A stretch of 63,935 nt of DNA, the filler included, from an uncultured bacterium (GTDB taxonomy: Bacteria; Hinthialibacterota; Hinthialibacteria; Hinthialibacterales; Hinthialibacteraceae), in assembly GCA_964449065.1 (NCBI GenBank). It is 3 parts of 3 records of this genome, joined end to end, with 100 filler letters (N's around TTAATTAATTAA, not from the genome) between each part and the next. Parts side by side here need not be neighbours in the genome. Positions count along the whole stretch, not along the records: positions 22,375 to 44,587 come from CAYVAZ010000041.1; 2 more parts are not named here. One strand, written 5' to 3'. A program made the translations under genes and the position numbers. This document shows, piece after piece, positions 29,082 through 39,887 of the stretch; the stretch's first letter is position 1, and every line of letters starts with the position of its first letter. The notes under the pieces were generated by a model, which was not told where the DNA came from, ran no database searches, and saw only the letters and a list, made by a program, of their open reading frames with translations.

Positions 29082-30539
29082 ATGACAGAGTGGTATAGAA
29101 CGTTTCCGTATTTTCGTGACACCAATCCTCCAATCGTTCGCGATCAATTCGTTATTCCTTTGTTGATATTGTTTATAACGGATATCGCGGTGATGGTGGG
29201 TTCGTGTTTGTTGGCCTATTCCGTTCGGTTTTATTCTCCATTATTTATCTATTATCCTCCTCCTGACCCGCCATATATCCCGGTGTTATTCAACTATGTA
29301 TGCCTTGCGTTTTTGGTTGCGGCCATGGCGGTTTTTGTATTTGAACGCTTCGGATTGTATCAGCGGCGAATTGGCTTGGACCGGAACGCGCATTCGATTA
29401 CGATGATTATCGCGATCATTGTGACCTATATCTTTGTGATGGCGCTCTTGTTTAACTACCGTCAATTTTCGTTTTCACGATTGACCATTGCCATGGCGAT
29501 TCCATTATCCTGCTTCGGTATCCTGTTGGTGAGGGATTTATTGAAGCAAGCGCAGTTTTTTATGATCCGCCACGGAATCGGATTTCAAAAGACCATTCTG
29601 ATCGGGCCGGATTACAGGTGTAGTGAAATTTTAGAAAAACTGCATGAATATCATGGTTCGCAGTACCAAATCATCGGTTATGTATCGACTGAAAGTCCCT
29701 CGTTGGCGGAGAATCCTTATCTTCCGTGCCTTGCCCCGATCGACCGTTTGGACGCGGTATTGAACCGGGAGGATATCGATCATGTGATCATTGCGATGCC
29801 CCCGGAAGATCACCGGGTAATACTGAACGTCATGGATACCTGCAAAGAGAAAAAAAAGATGTGCCAAGTGGTTCCGGAACTGTTTGATCATGTATCCACC
29901 AAAGTTAGCGTGGAAGAGATTGATATGCTGCCCAGCATCGTGTTTGAAGAGACCAACCTGAACAGTACCGGCATGATTATCAAACGCGGAATGGATATCG
30001 TCATTTCATTGATGGCGATTGTGATCTCGTTTCCGATTATAGCCTTGCTTGCGATTTTGGTGCGTCTGGATTCTTCCGGCAACATCTTTTATGTGCAGGA
30101 ACGAATCAGCAATAATGGAAAGAAGTTTCGCATATATAAGCTGCGTTCGATGGTGAACGACGCGGAAGCGAATTCCGGCCCGGTGTGGGCGACAGCGAAC
30201 GATCCGCGCACGACCCGTTTCGGGCGTTTCATCCGTAAGTATAATTTGGATGAACTGCCGCAGTTCATTAATGTTTTAAAAGGGGATATGAGTATTGTGG
30301 GCCCCCGGCCTGAGCGCCCGTACTTTGTGGATAAATTTAAAGATCAGATTCCACTTTATATGCGGCGTCACATGGTCAAGACCGGGATCACTGGATGGGC
30401 GCAGGTTCATGGCCTGCGCGGTGACACCCCCGTGGATGAGCGTACCGAATATGATTTGTATTATGTTAAAAATTGGTCGGTCCTGTTGGACCTCAAAATT
30501 ATGTGGAAGACGCTTTGGTCTTTCAAAAACGCGTATTAA
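29082..30539 (+). CDS. undecaprenyl-phosphate sugar-1-phosphate transferase (WcaJ/WbaP family)
   Basis: Four N-terminal TMs, [43 protein letters not shown]. Confidence 0.93.
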   Translation: MTEWYRTFPYFRDTNPPIVRDQFVIPLLILFITDIAVMVGSCLLAYSVRFYSPLFIYYPPPDPPYIPVLFNYVCLAFLVAAMAVFVFERFGLYQRRIGLDRNAHSITMIIAIIVTYIFVMALLFNYRQFSFSRLTIAMAIPLSCFGILLVRDLLKQAQFFMIRHGIGFQKTILIGPDYRCSEILEKLHEYHGSQYQIIGYVSTESPSLAENPYLPCLAPIDRLDAVLNREDIDHVIIAMPPEDHRVILNVMDTCKEKKKMCQVVPELFDHVSTKVSVEEIDMLPSIVFEETNLNSTGMIIKRGMDIVISLMAIVISFPIIALLAILVRLDSSGNIFYVQERISNNGKKFRIYKLRSMVNDAEANSGPVWATANDPRTTRFGRFIRKYNLDELPQFINVLKGDMSIVGPRPERPYFVDKFKDQIPLYMRRHMVKTGITGWAQVHGLRGDTPVDERTEYDLYYVKNWSVLLDLKIMWKTLWSFKNAY

Positions 30540-31035
30540 TCCGCTCCATATATTTATTCTGTTTCTTTTATCTTTTTGTGTTTCATGCGGAAAAAGCCCT
30601 GCTGAACTGAATGAACTTGCAAGCCGTGTGTTTGAAACCGGAGACACGGCAACCGCCAAAATCATTTATCAGCGTGTGCTTGAAGAAACCCCTCACTCTC
30701 CGGAGGCCATCTCCGGGATGTTATCAGCGGCCATAATTGAAGATTCGACAACGGATCAGATTGTGTGGAGCAAACAATTGCTACAATTCCGCCCCTGGCA
30801 CCGTGAAGCCAATATCATCAACGGAAAAGCGTTGCTGAATGACGGAAACTTGAAAGATGCCGTGATTCGATTCAGCCTTGCCCTGCAAAACTCCACCTTT
30901 AAGAATGAGAAAGAAGAAGCACTGGCTTTATTGCAAAAAGCCGCTATACATACGCAAAACCGGGTACGTGAACAAATTCAACAAATCCAGGGACAACAAA
31001 ATGATTCAGCCCAACAGCCGCCTGAGTTGCGATGA
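30463..31035 (+). CDS. TPR-like lipoprotein (start uncertain)
   Basis: Hydrophobic stretch plus CVSC lipobox and helical repeats; nearest in-frame ATG (30463) overlaps the upstream gene. Confidence 0.6.
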   Translation: MLKIGRSCWTSKLCGRRFGLSKTRINPLHIFILFLLSFCVSCGKSPAELNELASRVFETGDTATAKIIYQRVLEETPHSPEAISGMLSAAIIEDSTTDQIVWSKQLLQFRPWHREANIINGKALLNDGNLKDAVIRFSLALQNSTFKNEKEEALALLQKAAIHTQNRVREQIQQIQGQQNDSAQQPPELR

Positions 31036-32041
31036 CGCGCTCGAACTTTTGAAACACGGAGACATCAATGATCTTGGCAGCCGCGCCCATGAAGCCCGTA
31101 TGACCATTGCCGAACCCGAAGTGGTATCGTATGTGGTGAACCGTAACATCAACTACACCAACATCTGCGCCGCGGTGTGCGATTTTTGCGCCTTTTACCG
31201 CACCATCAAGGATGAAGAGGGTTATGTTCTCACGGATGAAGAACTTGATCAAAAGGTGCAGGAAGTGGTCGATGCGGGCGGTACGGAAATTCTATTGCAG
31301 GGCGGCATGCATCCCCGTTTAAAACTGGATTGGTATTGCGAGATGCTTTCGCGGTTGAAGAGCAAGTTCCCCACGATTTCGTGGCATTCGTTCTCCGCAC
31401 CGGAGATTGTGGTGTTTGCAAAGATCAACAAGATGCCGGTGCGGGATATTCTTTCCGCGTTGAAGGATGCCGGGCTGGATACCATCCCCGGCGGCGGGGC
31501 GGAAATCCTCAGTGACCGGGTGCGGAAAGAAATTACCCGCGGTAAGTGTACTACGCAGGAATGGCTAGATGTGCATGAAGAAGCGCACAATCTCGGCATC
31601 CGTTCCTCGGCGACCATGATGTTCGGCCATGTGGAAACGCTGGAAGAGCGCATTGAGCACATCAACCACCTGCGCGAACTGCAAGACCGCACCGGGGGAT
31701 TTACCGCCTTTATCTCGTGGACCTTTCAAAGCAGCAACACCCAGATGGAGCATGTTTCGGAAGTGGGCGCGGCGGAATATCTGCGCACCACGGCGGTCGC
31801 GCGCTTGTTTTTGGATAACATCGTCAACCACCAGGCCTCGTTCATTACGCAGGGCAAGCAGGTGGGGCAGATTTCGCTATTTTACGGCTGCAACGATATG
31901 GGCGGCACCATGATGGAAGAAAACGTCGTCGCCGCCACCGGGGCGCACCATTGCAGCAACGAGAAAGAGGTATGCAAGCTGATTGTGGATGCGGGGTTTA
32001 CGCCGAAAAAGCGGAATACGCTGTATGAGTATTTGAATTGA
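31001..32041 (+). CDS. mqnC: cyclic dehypoxanthine futalosine synthase (radical SAM)
   Basis: RNINYTNICAAVCDFCAF, ILLQGGMHP, PGGGAEIL, QDRTGGFTAFISWTFQ, NDMGGTMMEENVV. Confidence 0.9.
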   Translation: MIQPNSRLSCDDALELLKHGDINDLGSRAHEARMTIAEPEVVSYVVNRNINYTNICAAVCDFCAFYRTIKDEEGYVLTDEELDQKVQEVVDAGGTEILLQGGMHPRLKLDWYCEMLSRLKSKFPTISWHSFSAPEIVVFAKINKMPVRDILSALKDAGLDTIPGGGAEILSDRVRKEITRGKCTTQEWLDVHEEAHNLGIRSSATMMFGHVETLEERIEHINHLRELQDRTGGFTAFISWTFQSSNTQMEHVSEVGAAEYLRTTAVARLFLDNIVNHQASFITQGKQVGQISLFYGCNDMGGTMMEENVVAATGAHHCSNEKEVCKLIVDAGFTPKKRNTLYEYLN

Positions 32042-32189
32042 GAAATAGTAAGAGATTAGACGCTTGAAGAGAAATTCCCCCTTCCATGCCTGGATTTAGA
32101 TACCTATCTACAATAAGTTACTGTAATTGTAATTAGAATATTATATAATGTAAAACGCAATACTATTCTATTGAAAACAAGGAAAACCA

Positions 32190-32396
32190 ATGAGACAAGT
32201 TATAATCTATCCAGGTGAAGATGGTTTTTGGGTGGCGGAATGTCCAAGTTTACCAGGATGTGTTTCGCAGGGTAAAACAAAAGAATCTGCTATTGATAAT
32301 ATTAAAGAAGCGATTGAAGGTTACATTCTAGCTTTGCAAGAAGACCAGTTGCCTGTTCCTGATGAACGCTTCGAAGCCGAATTGCTTGAAGTATGA
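32190..32396 (+). CDS. hicB: HicB family antitoxin (short form)
   Basis: GFWVAECPSLPGCVSQGKT...NIKEAI. Confidence 0.92.
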   Translation: MRQVIIYPGEDGFWVAECPSLPGCVSQGKTKESAIDNIKEAIEGYILALQEDQLPVPDERFEAELLEV

Positions 32397-32614
32397 GTAA
32401 ATTACCCGTAATATCCGGTAATGAATGTGTCAAAGCCCTCAAAAGGCTGGATTTCTATATCAAACGACAGCACGGAAGCCACATGATTATGCGAAAGGAT
32501 GATCCATTTCATCAGGTAGTTGTTCCCGACCATAAAACAATCGATCGCGGTACATTACATTCTATCATTAAGCAAGCAGGTATTTCCGTTGATGAACTCA
32601 TTAAACATCTATAA
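32393..32614 (+). CDS. hicA: HicA family toxin
   Basis: LPVISG, RQHGSH, VVVPDH, GTLHSIIKQAG. Confidence 0.92.
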   Translation: MSKLPVISGNECVKALKRLDFYIKRQHGSHMIMRKDDPFHQVVVPDHKTIDRGTLHSIIKQAGISVDELIKHL

Positions 32615-32825
32615 TCTCACGAGCTTTTTGCCAGGCTATATCACCGTCAACAAACTGAACTTTTCCACTCAAAACTTCTTCCCGCCGTTTATTCACAATC
32701 GCTAGATGCTCTTAAGTTTCTTCTTCTGAGATCATCGATTCCATCAGTTATTCCATCAACCGCTCTTTGGATTCATCCGGCAGTTGCATGGCTTCTTCGT
32801 AGATTTGATCAATGGTAAACGGCAT
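32601..32825 (-). pseudogene. addiction-module antitoxin (TIGR02574-like) pseudogene
   Basis: Manual translation MPFTIDQIYEEAMQLPDESKERLME*LMES...T*EHLAIVNKRREEVLSGKV...; two in-frame TAA. Confidence 0.75.
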
Positions 32826-32888
32826 TGTTTTTCTCCAATTGAAATATGGATAAGATAGAGTGGATATATGTGCAAAAGCAATAGAAAT

Positions 32889-33175
32889 ATACCATATCCA
32901 ATTTGGATTGTTCACGAAAATCAAACCAGCTTAACCGATTGCTTCGTTTGATTGCCAAGGAAAAAACTTCTTTAAAACAGGATGAATCTTTATGGTTTAT
33001 GGTTCTCTTCGCGCCCCCTCTGTCCTCCTTGCGTCGGACATCTCCCCCAAATGCTTTGGGGGAGACATTAACTTTAGGGGAGACTAAGGCTTTTGCAGGC
33101 AAGATGCCTGCACTATTATGAATACAATTTTCCGTTCCATCATTCATAGTAAATTTTTCTATTTGAAAATGGTAT
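32889..33175. mobile_element. long ATACC...GGTAT composite element with REP cargo
   Basis: Both ends and the central palindrome are shared with 43134-43457; also carries GCAGGCAAGATGCCTGC. Confidence 0.8.
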
Positions 33176-33294
33176 TGTATCTTGATTGAATCAGTGCATT
33201 TTCCCTGCCCCTGAACCTAACATGGAATAAAAGGATATGGTAATCTGTTAATTAATCGTTTTGTGTATATGAACTTTAAGAAGGAGAAAGGTAG

Positions 33295-34590
33295 ATGAGT
33301 CAAAAGAATACGATTTCACGGCGCTCGTTTGTTGGAACTACAGCGGGCGTTACGGCGTTAACATTGGTTCCCAACAAAGTCATTCCATCGCCCAGCCGCA
33401 CCGCTCCCAGCGATGAGTTGCTGTTTGGCCATATCGGTATCGGTGGTAGGGGCGGCGGATTTGTTCGTCCCAACGGCACATCCATCGCATTATGTGATAT
33501 TGATGAAAACCGCTTAAAGAAAGCGGCCGAACGCGCCCGCGGCAACCCCAAATTGTACACCGATTACCGCGATCTATTGGAAAACAAAGATATCGACGCG
33601 GTCTTTATTGCTTCGCCGGATCACTGGCACGCATTGCATACCGTTCATGCCTGTGAAGCCGGGCTGGATGTGTACTGCGAAAAGCCCGCTTGTAAAACCA
33701 TCAAAGAAGGCATGGCGATGATCGAAGCCGCCAAGCGTTATGCCCGTGTGGTGCAGATCGGCTCGCAAGGACGTTCGCAAGAAGGGGCCTATTACGGCAA
33801 GCGCTATATTGTCAACGGACAGATCGGGAAAGTGAGTGAAATCCGTTGCTGGCACTACCCCAGCCCATCCGGCGACTGGACACCGAATGAAGATCCACCC
33901 GAAACGTTGGAATACGACAAATGGATCGGTCCGGCGCGTGAGATTCCGTACAACCCCAAGCGCACACACGGTTCGTTCCGTTGGATGATGTTTTCCGGCG
34001 GCGGGCAAATTCGTGACCGGGGCGCGCACGTCATGAGTGTTGCCACCTGGGTGATGGAAGCCGACGATTCCGGCCCGGTGAAAGTGGAATACATCAGCGG
34101 ACGCCCGCCGTATGACGGTATGTATGATTCGGGCGTGCATATGGAAATCGCGTATCATTTTAAGAACCCGGATTTCAAACTGGTTTGGGCGCAGCCGGGT
34201 GAAGCGCACGAAGAAGGCTTTGAATGGGTTCGCGGGTCTTATGGGGCAAACTATATCGGCGATCAGGGCAACTTGATCATCACCTACGGCGATACCCCCC
34301 ATACCGATACCGAGCAGAAAGCCAAAGACTACGAACCGCCCGCCGATGGTGTGGAGGTCTTTCACAGCCCGGGCCACCGCGAGAACTTTGAGAACTGTAT
34401 CCGTACGCGCGAAAAGCCAGTTATGCATATTGAAGCGGGTGTAAAGACAGCGGCGCTGTGTATTTTAGGCAATATCGCGTTCACTTTGCAGCGTGATTTG
34501 GATTGGGATCACAAGACATGGACCATTAAAAAAGACGACGAAGCCCAACGCATGCTGCACCGCCCCGGCCGCGGAATTTATAACCTATAA
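33295..34590 (+). CDS. Tat-exported Gfo/Idh/MocA oxidoreductase
   Basis: SRRSFV, GIGGRG, ASPDHWH, DVYCEKP, VQIGSQGRS, DRGAH. Confidence 0.93.
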   Translation: MSQKNTISRRSFVGTTAGVTALTLVPNKVIPSPSRTAPSDELLFGHIGIGGRGGGFVRPNGTSIALCDIDENRLKKAAERARGNPKLYTDYRDLLENKDIDAVFIASPDHWHALHTVHACEAGLDVYCEKPACKTIKEGMAMIEAAKRYARVVQIGSQGRSQEGAYYGKRYIVNGQIGKVSEIRCWHYPSPSGDWTPNEDPPETLEYDKWIGPAREIPYNPKRTHGSFRWMMFSGGGQIRDRGAHVMSVATWVMEADDSGPVKVEYISGRPPYDGMYDSGVHMEIAYHFKNPDFKLVWAQPGEAHEEGFEWVRGSYGANYIGDQGNLIITYGDTPHTDTEQKAKDYEPPADGVEVFHSPGHRENFENCIRTREKPVMHIEAGVKTAALCILGNIAFTLQRDLDWDHKTWTIKKDDEAQRMLHRPGRGIYNL

Positions 34591-34602
34591 GGAGGAAACA
34601 CA

Positions 34603-35607
34603 ATGAACGAAATCAAACAAAACCGTTTCGATTATATCAAATCCGGCGCGGCAATAGCAGCGGCTGCCACTCTCGCATCCAATACGCAAGCCGCCGGACA
34701 CCTGGAGTGGGAAAAACAGGGCAAAGAGTTTGTTGAAAATTTGCAGGATGAAGATCCGGAAGTTCGTTACGAAACCTGGAATTCAGCCGGCAATCTCAAT
34801 CCAAAAGTAATCCCCATGATCGCGGAGTTATTGTTATCGGATAGCCCCGGCGTAGTGAAAGCGGCGGAAGGGGCATTGGAACGGATGACACATTCCGTCG
34901 GCAAAGATCTCGGCACCGAAAAAGCCGAAGCCGTGGAAGCGGAACTGGTGAAGCTGTTAGACCATGACGAACGCAAAGTAAAAGTGTTCGCGCTGCGGAC
35001 TCTTTCATTGATCGCGGATGAAGATTCGGTCGCCAAAATCGCCGAATTCGCTCATGACCCGGCTTATCAAGAAGAAGCCATTTATTGTTTGGAGAGAATC
35101 CCCGGACACATTTCCACCAAAGCAATCGTTAAAGCCGCCCATGCGGGAACCGACTTGTTTACAATCCGCTGCATTGCCGCGATCGCCAACCGCTTGGATG
35201 ATTCCGCATTGGATGCGCTGGCGGATTGGCTGGATCACTCCAACAATGATGTCAAGTTGGCCGCTGCCGATGCGATTGCGAAAATCGGGAAGAAGCCGGA
35301 ATCCGGAATGCCTCCGGCATACGACACCTTAACCTACCGGCAAAAACGCAAATGGCTGGATTGTGGATTGCGTTGGTTTGCCCAAAAGATTAAAAACGAA
35401 GAATGGGATGCCGCGCGGAGCGCGCATAAAGATATCGCCGCTAAAGATATTTATCAAAACGAAGAGCACTACCGCTGCGCCACCATTGCCGCCATCGCGC
35501 ACATGCGTTATGAACCGGAAGTGGAAACCCATTTGCGGAACTTTAAAGATGATCCGGCCTATATTGTTCGCATCACCGCGGAAAAAGCGTTAAACGGCGA
35601 ACTATAA
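34603..35607 (+). CDS. HEAT-repeat protein with Tat-like leader
   Basis: DPEVR, VKLAAADAI, IVRITAEKAL repeats; leader NRFDYIK...TQA. Confidence 0.8.
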   Translation: MNEIKQNRFDYIKSGAAIAAAATLASNTQAAGHLEWEKQGKEFVENLQDEDPEVRYETWNSAGNLNPKVIPMIAELLLSDSPGVVKAAEGALERMTHSVGKDLGTEKAEAVEAELVKLLDHDERKVKVFALRTLSLIADEDSVAKIAEFAHDPAYQEEAIYCLERIPGHISTKAIVKAAHAGTDLFTIRCIAAIANRLDDSALDALADWLDHSNNDVKLAAADAIAKIGKKPESGMPPAYDTLTYRQKRKWLDCGLRWFAQKIKNEEWDAARSAHKDIAAKDIYQNEEHYRCATIAAIAHMRYEPEVETHLRNFKDDPAYIVRITAEKALNGEL

Positions 35608-35628
35608 TTATCGAAAATAGTTGTCACG

Positions 35629-35662
35629 GCCCGGCAGGATGATTTCTTGCCGGGCTTTTTTT
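35629..35662 (+). terminator. intrinsic terminator
   Basis: GCCCGGCAGGA...TCTTGCCGGGC followed by a T-run. Confidence 0.85.
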
Positions 35663-35765
35663 ATACCCACATTATTTAGGATTGTTCAAAAAGAAAACCG
35701 CTACGTCTATCTTTCGACAAGACCTATCGCCGCGCTTACTCTACAATCCAAGATGGATACGGTAT
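35663..35765. mobile_element. 103-bp ATACC...GGTAT MITE-like element (copy 3)
   Basis: See 3770-3872. Confidence 0.8.
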
Positions 35766-35985
35766 TATCAAACTTTTTCACTGATTAAATTATACGGGTT
35801 CAATTTTTTTGTGTGATGCGAATTCTTTCCTCAAGACAGGTGAAGGTTAAGGTAGGGTTGATGCCTTCGAAAGATTGATTGTCCTTGCATCAAACATGTT
35901 TTTTTTGAAATGGTATTTGATGAAAATCGAATATTTTTATTTGAACAAGTATAATATTGTAAAAAAGAAATGCAGGAGAATTCTC

Positions 35986-36465
35986 ATGAACACGCAATCC
36001 AACCACAATCTCATGCTTCATCTGAAAGCACTCATTTGGTCGATTTATGTTTCGTACGGCAAAGAAACCGTTATGCGCATTGTTCATGCCGTGGAAGAAG
36101 GAAAGGTGCCGGAAGATCATCCCGATTTTCACAGCAGCCATTTGGGGATTTGTCTGAAATATATTTTGAATCATATTCAAAGCGGCGAATCACTGCACCA
36201 TCTTGCGGAATGCTTGCGTGAAGTGCAAGGCAGCGAAACTTCAATGATCTATCAAAACATGGTGTTTGAGATCGGTCATTATGTCTCCGCAAAAGAATCG
36301 AGCGGCACGATTCCGGAAGACTGCCCCGGGGTGGTGTATCACATTCAACGCGGCAAAATACAAGTTTTGTTCAAAAAGCCGGATCAAACCCTGGAACCGG
36401 CCACCCGGTATCCGGATGAACTGATGCCCGTCTATACCTTGACGATACCGGACTCCTCTGCGTAA
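35986..36465 (+). CDS. hypothetical protein
   Basis: AGGAG RBS before MNTQSN; 159 aa; no motif recognised. Confidence 0.65.
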   Translation: MNTQSNHNLMLHLKALIWSIYVSYGKETVMRIVHAVEEGKVPEDHPDFHSSHLGICLKYILNHIQSGESLHHLAECLREVQGSETSMIYQNMVFEIGHYVSAKESSGTIPEDCPGVVYHIQRGKIQVLFKKPDQTLEPATRYPDELMPVYTLTIPDSSA

Positions 36466-36537
36466 GATCATCATGTAAGTTTTTGGAATTTAAAACCACA
36501 ATCCATTACCGCTTCAAAATTCGGAGGAAACCCGGGA

Positions 36538-37362
36538 ATGAAATTCGCCATCTGCAATGAAACCTTTCAGAATGAAGACTGGAAAACCGCCTGCGAACTG
36601 ACCGCGAAATGCGGTTACGAAGGCATTGAACTTGCCCCCTTTACGCTGGGAAAATACGTTAACGAGATCTCCGCGGACGAACGCAAAGAAATCAAGAAGA
36701 TTGCGGATGACAACGGTTTGGAAATCATCGGCTTGCATTGGCTTCTGGTGCTGCATCCAGGCGCGGATAAGGTGCTGCACATTAATTGCGCGGATGAGGG
36801 TGTCCGCAAGGATACACAAGCGTATTATAAAGAAATCATTCGCTTCTGCGGGGAGTTGAGCGGCAAAGTGATGGTGCACGGTTCTCCCGGCGCGCGCAAT
36901 TGGGACCCCAGCGATTATTACCAAGACACGTTTAAACGCACGGTTGATTTTTACGCGGGCTGCATGGATACCGCGAAAGAGCATGATGTAACTATTTGCT
37001 TTGAACCGTTGTCCCATGCCGAAACCAATTTCATGAATACCGCCGCCGATACGCAGCGGTTGATTGACGCTGTGAATCATCCTCACTTTCAACTACACCT
37101 TGATACTAAAGCCATGTGCGGCGCCGAAGTGGATACGCCGGCGGATGTTATCAAGCAATACAAAAGTGTGACGAAGCACTTCCATGCCAACGACCGCAAC
37201 AAAAAAGGACCCGGCACAGGAGATGTCGATTTTGTTCCGATTGCGGACGCGTTGAAGGAAGTTGGGTATGACGGATATGTTTCCGTGGAAGTATTCGATT
37301 ATTCACCCGATGGAGAAACCATCGCCAAAGAAAGTATTCAATATTTGCAAATGGTATTTTAA
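36538..37362 (+). CDS. sugar phosphate isomerase/epimerase (D-psicose/tagatose 3-epimerase-like)
   Basis: GIELAP, FEPLSHAETNF, LHLDTKAM, HFHAND, VSVEVF. Confidence 0.88.
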   Translation: MKFAICNETFQNEDWKTACELTAKCGYEGIELAPFTLGKYVNEISADERKEIKKIADDNGLEIIGLHWLLVLHPGADKVLHINCADEGVRKDTQAYYKEIIRFCGELSGKVMVHGSPGARNWDPSDYYQDTFKRTVDFYAGCMDTAKEHDVTICFEPLSHAETNFMNTAADTQRLIDAVNHPHFQLHLDTKAMCGAEVDTPADVIKQYKSVTKHFHANDRNKKGPGTGDVDFVPIADALKEVGYDGYVSVEVFDYSPDGETIAKESIQYLQMVF

Positions 37363-37363
37363 T

Positions 37364-37473
37364 CTAGTTCTGTGTCAACGATTGCTTGATGGGTTCTGAT
37401 CCCCCCTACCCCCCTTACCAAGGGGGGAAACAACGGATAGCCAGCCGTCATTTTTAGATTGACACAATACTAG
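37364..37473. mobile_element. MITE-like element, CTAG-flanked GTGTCAA...TTGACAC
   Basis: CTAGTTCTGTGTCAA ... TTGACACAATACTAG around a CCCCC/GGGGG palindrome. Confidence 0.85.
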
Positions 37474-37506
37474 TATTTTTATTTCTATTATAACGAGGAG
37501 AAAAAA

Positions 37507-38802
37507 ATGAAATCATTTCAAAAGGGTATCGCGTCTCTATTTATAACGTGCTGTATTTCACTTACAGCCGCGGCCAGTGAGTTGGCGGTGGTTGCCGGCC
37601 CTGATCCCGCGGATATTCAGCCCGTGCATATCACGGTCTCGCAAGACCAATTTTGGGAGCCGCTATCGGATGGGTCTTGGCAGCTGGTGAATGGGGATGA
37701 AACGGTTCCGCTGCAAGTGATTCGCCGCAATGTGGTATCGGGCATGGGCTTTGGAGGGTACGGCTTACGGGTTCCGGTGCAAAAACTGGGGCTCACGTCC
37801 AAGCATGTATGGGAACTCTTTTTTGTGGTGGAAGATTTGCAGCCCTATGAAAAACGCGTATACCAAATCCTGGAAGCGGACACGAGCGAACCCCGGGTTT
37901 CCGTGGCTCAACAAGACGGCAAGATTGTGGTGCAAGCCGTTGGCAAGCCCTATACGGAATATCTTTATGATGTCACCAAAGAGCAGCCGCGGCCGATACT
38001 TTTCCCTGTGCACGGACCGAACGGCGCGGAAATGACACGGGGATATCCGATGAAACCGGCGAAGGAAGCGGAAAAGAAAGACCATCCGCATCACCAGTCA
38101 TTGTGGGTATCCCATGGGGATGTGAACAACGTTAACTTCTGGCATCTTGGCGATGAGCAGGGATATCAACGGCATGATTATTTTGCCGGTTTGGAAGAAG
38201 GACCCGTCGTCGGTCGCATTGAAGCAGAACTAAATTGGGAAAATGAAGAGGGCAACCATGTGGTAAAAGAACGCCGCGCGATGACCTTTTGGGCGCCGAA
38301 TGATGATGTGCGGATGATTGACGTGGATTCGATCTTTATTGCCGATAGCGGTGATGTCACCTTTGGAGACACCAAAGAGGGCGGACTGCTCTCCTTGCGG
38401 GTTGCCGGCACGTTGAAAGAAGAATACGGACAAGGCGGCACGATCACCAATTCCAACGGGGAAGTGGGAGCCGGTGAAGCGTGGGGGAAAGCGGCGCCGT
38501 GGTGTGACTATAGCGGCCCGGTTGAAGGCCAAACCGCGGGATTGACGATTATGGAACATCCGGAAAATCCGTTTTATCCGACCCGTTATCATGTGCGCGA
38601 TTATGGACTCTTTACCGCCAATCCATTCGGTCTTTCGTATTTTTTGCGGGACAAAGAAATCGATGGCAGCCGGACGTTGCAATACGGCAACAGTTGGCGC
38701 TTTCGCTACCGGGTTTATCTTCATCCCGGTGATGTGGAAAGCGGAAACGTCGCTGCCCAATACAATGCGTATGCGGGGCCGCCACGCGTGATCCTTCGAT
38801 AG
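37507..38802 (+). CDS. PmoA-annotated / DUF6807-type secreted protein
   Basis: TRGYPM, DHPHHQSLW..HGDVN, FGDTKEG, WCDYSG, HVRDYGLFTANPFG. Confidence 0.8.
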   Translation: MKSFQKGIASLFITCCISLTAAASELAVVAGPDPADIQPVHITVSQDQFWEPLSDGSWQLVNGDETVPLQVIRRNVVSGMGFGGYGLRVPVQKLGLTSKHVWELFFVVEDLQPYEKRVYQILEADTSEPRVSVAQQDGKIVVQAVGKPYTEYLYDVTKEQPRPILFPVHGPNGAEMTRGYPMKPAKEAEKKDHPHHQSLWVSHGDVNNVNFWHLGDEQGYQRHDYFAGLEEGPVVGRIEAELNWENEEGNHVVKERRAMTFWAPNDDVRMIDVDSIFIADSGDVTFGDTKEGGLLSLRVAGTLKEEYGQGGTITNSNGEVGAGEAWGKAAPWCDYSGPVEGQTAGLTIMEHPENPFYPTRYHVRDYGLFTANPFGLSYFLRDKEIDGSRTLQYGNSWRFRYRVYLHPGDVESGNVAAQYNAYAGPPRVILR

Positions 38803-38979
38803 CAAAATAATCCTTTGTTTTTGCCGGCCAGGTTATATAATGGAAGCAAATATGAAATCCTCTCCATTCTCTTGGAGAGGATTCGTTTGTTTACAAGAAA
38901 GAATGGTTTTTGGTATTTCATGATTTGAGAACGTGTTGGATACGGCCAGATGAAATTTTAATGGAAATGGATAATGTGG

Positions 38980-39885
38980 ATGATTGATATCATCATTATT
39001 AATTACAATTGCAGAGAATACCTGCAACTTTCTTTGGATTCGTTGATTAAAAACCGGGACTATAGCAACCATTTTTTTAATTACCGGGTGACGGTAGTTG
39101 ATAATGCATCAGCCGATGGCAGCCAAACCATGGTAGAAACGCAATATCCCGATGTTCAATTCATCGCCTGCCCGGAAAATCTCGGCTATTCAGCCGCTGT
39201 GAATGAAGGGATTGCGTCAACGGAACAAAGCGTTATTTTGTTAATGAACAGCGATGTAATCATGAAACCGGAAACCGTAGGCGGATTATACCGCGTATGG
39301 AAACGGTTGGATTTTCCCGGTGTAATCGGTCCGATGCATTATGAAGAAGACGGGTATCCACAGCAAACGTGGGGCGGCTTTCCGGATTACGCGCATGAGA
39401 AAAAACGGCAGCAATTGGCGTATGCGGCACGCCGGCGGGAATCGTGGGCCAGGCGGGAACTTTTATTGCAAGCCAGCCGCACGCGTGAGGTCACATGGGT
39501 ATCCGGTTCGTGTATGATGTTTTCCCGTACAACCGCGCGAGAAATCGGGCCGTGGGATCAAAATTTCTTTTTATTCTTTGAAGACATTGATTGGTGTTTA
39601 CGCGCAAACGAATTGGGCTATTCCGTCTACCATACCCCTGAAGTCCGCACCACTCATGTTCATGGGGCCAGCGTGGCTGCGGATCCGGAAACGGCGGAGA
39701 TTGAGTACCGCTACAGCCAGATGTATTTTATCCGTAAACATATGGGAACCTTATCGTTTTGGGAATACCGCCTGTATCTCACGCTGAAGAATTTATGGCG
39801 CTGGTTTATTGGCCGGTGGTCGGGATTTGAACGCGCCACTTCCCTGGAAATCATAAAAGAGACCTGGAAAACTCCAAACCTATAA
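38980..39885 (+). CDS. glycosyltransferase family 2
   Basis: IIIINYN, VVDNASADGS, NLGYSAAVN, MNSD, WVSGSCM, FEDIDWC. Confidence 0.93.
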   Translation: MIDIIIINYNCREYLQLSLDSLIKNRDYSNHFFNYRVTVVDNASADGSQTMVETQYPDVQFIACPENLGYSAAVNEGIASTEQSVILLMNSDVIMKPETVGGLYRVWKRLDFPGVIGPMHYEEDGYPQQTWGGFPDYAHEKKRQQLAYAARRRESWARRELLLQASRTREVTWVSGSCMMFSRTTAREIGPWDQNFFLFFEDIDWCLRANELGYSVYHTPEVRTTHVHGASVAADPETAEIEYRYSQMYFIRKHMGTLSFWEYRLYLTLKNLWRWFIGRWSGFERATSLEIIKETWKTPNL

Positions 39886-39887
39886 CT

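Noticed and set aside
32809..33147. ORFs sharing SPKAFGGDVRRKEDRGG (also 43177-43425 and 28551-28799)
   Set aside because: Translations of the same DNA palindrome repeat, not a protein family.
37507..38802. Methane monooxygenase
   Set aside because: The PmoA label of this family is misleading; this is a soluble secreted protein with no pmoB/pmoC.
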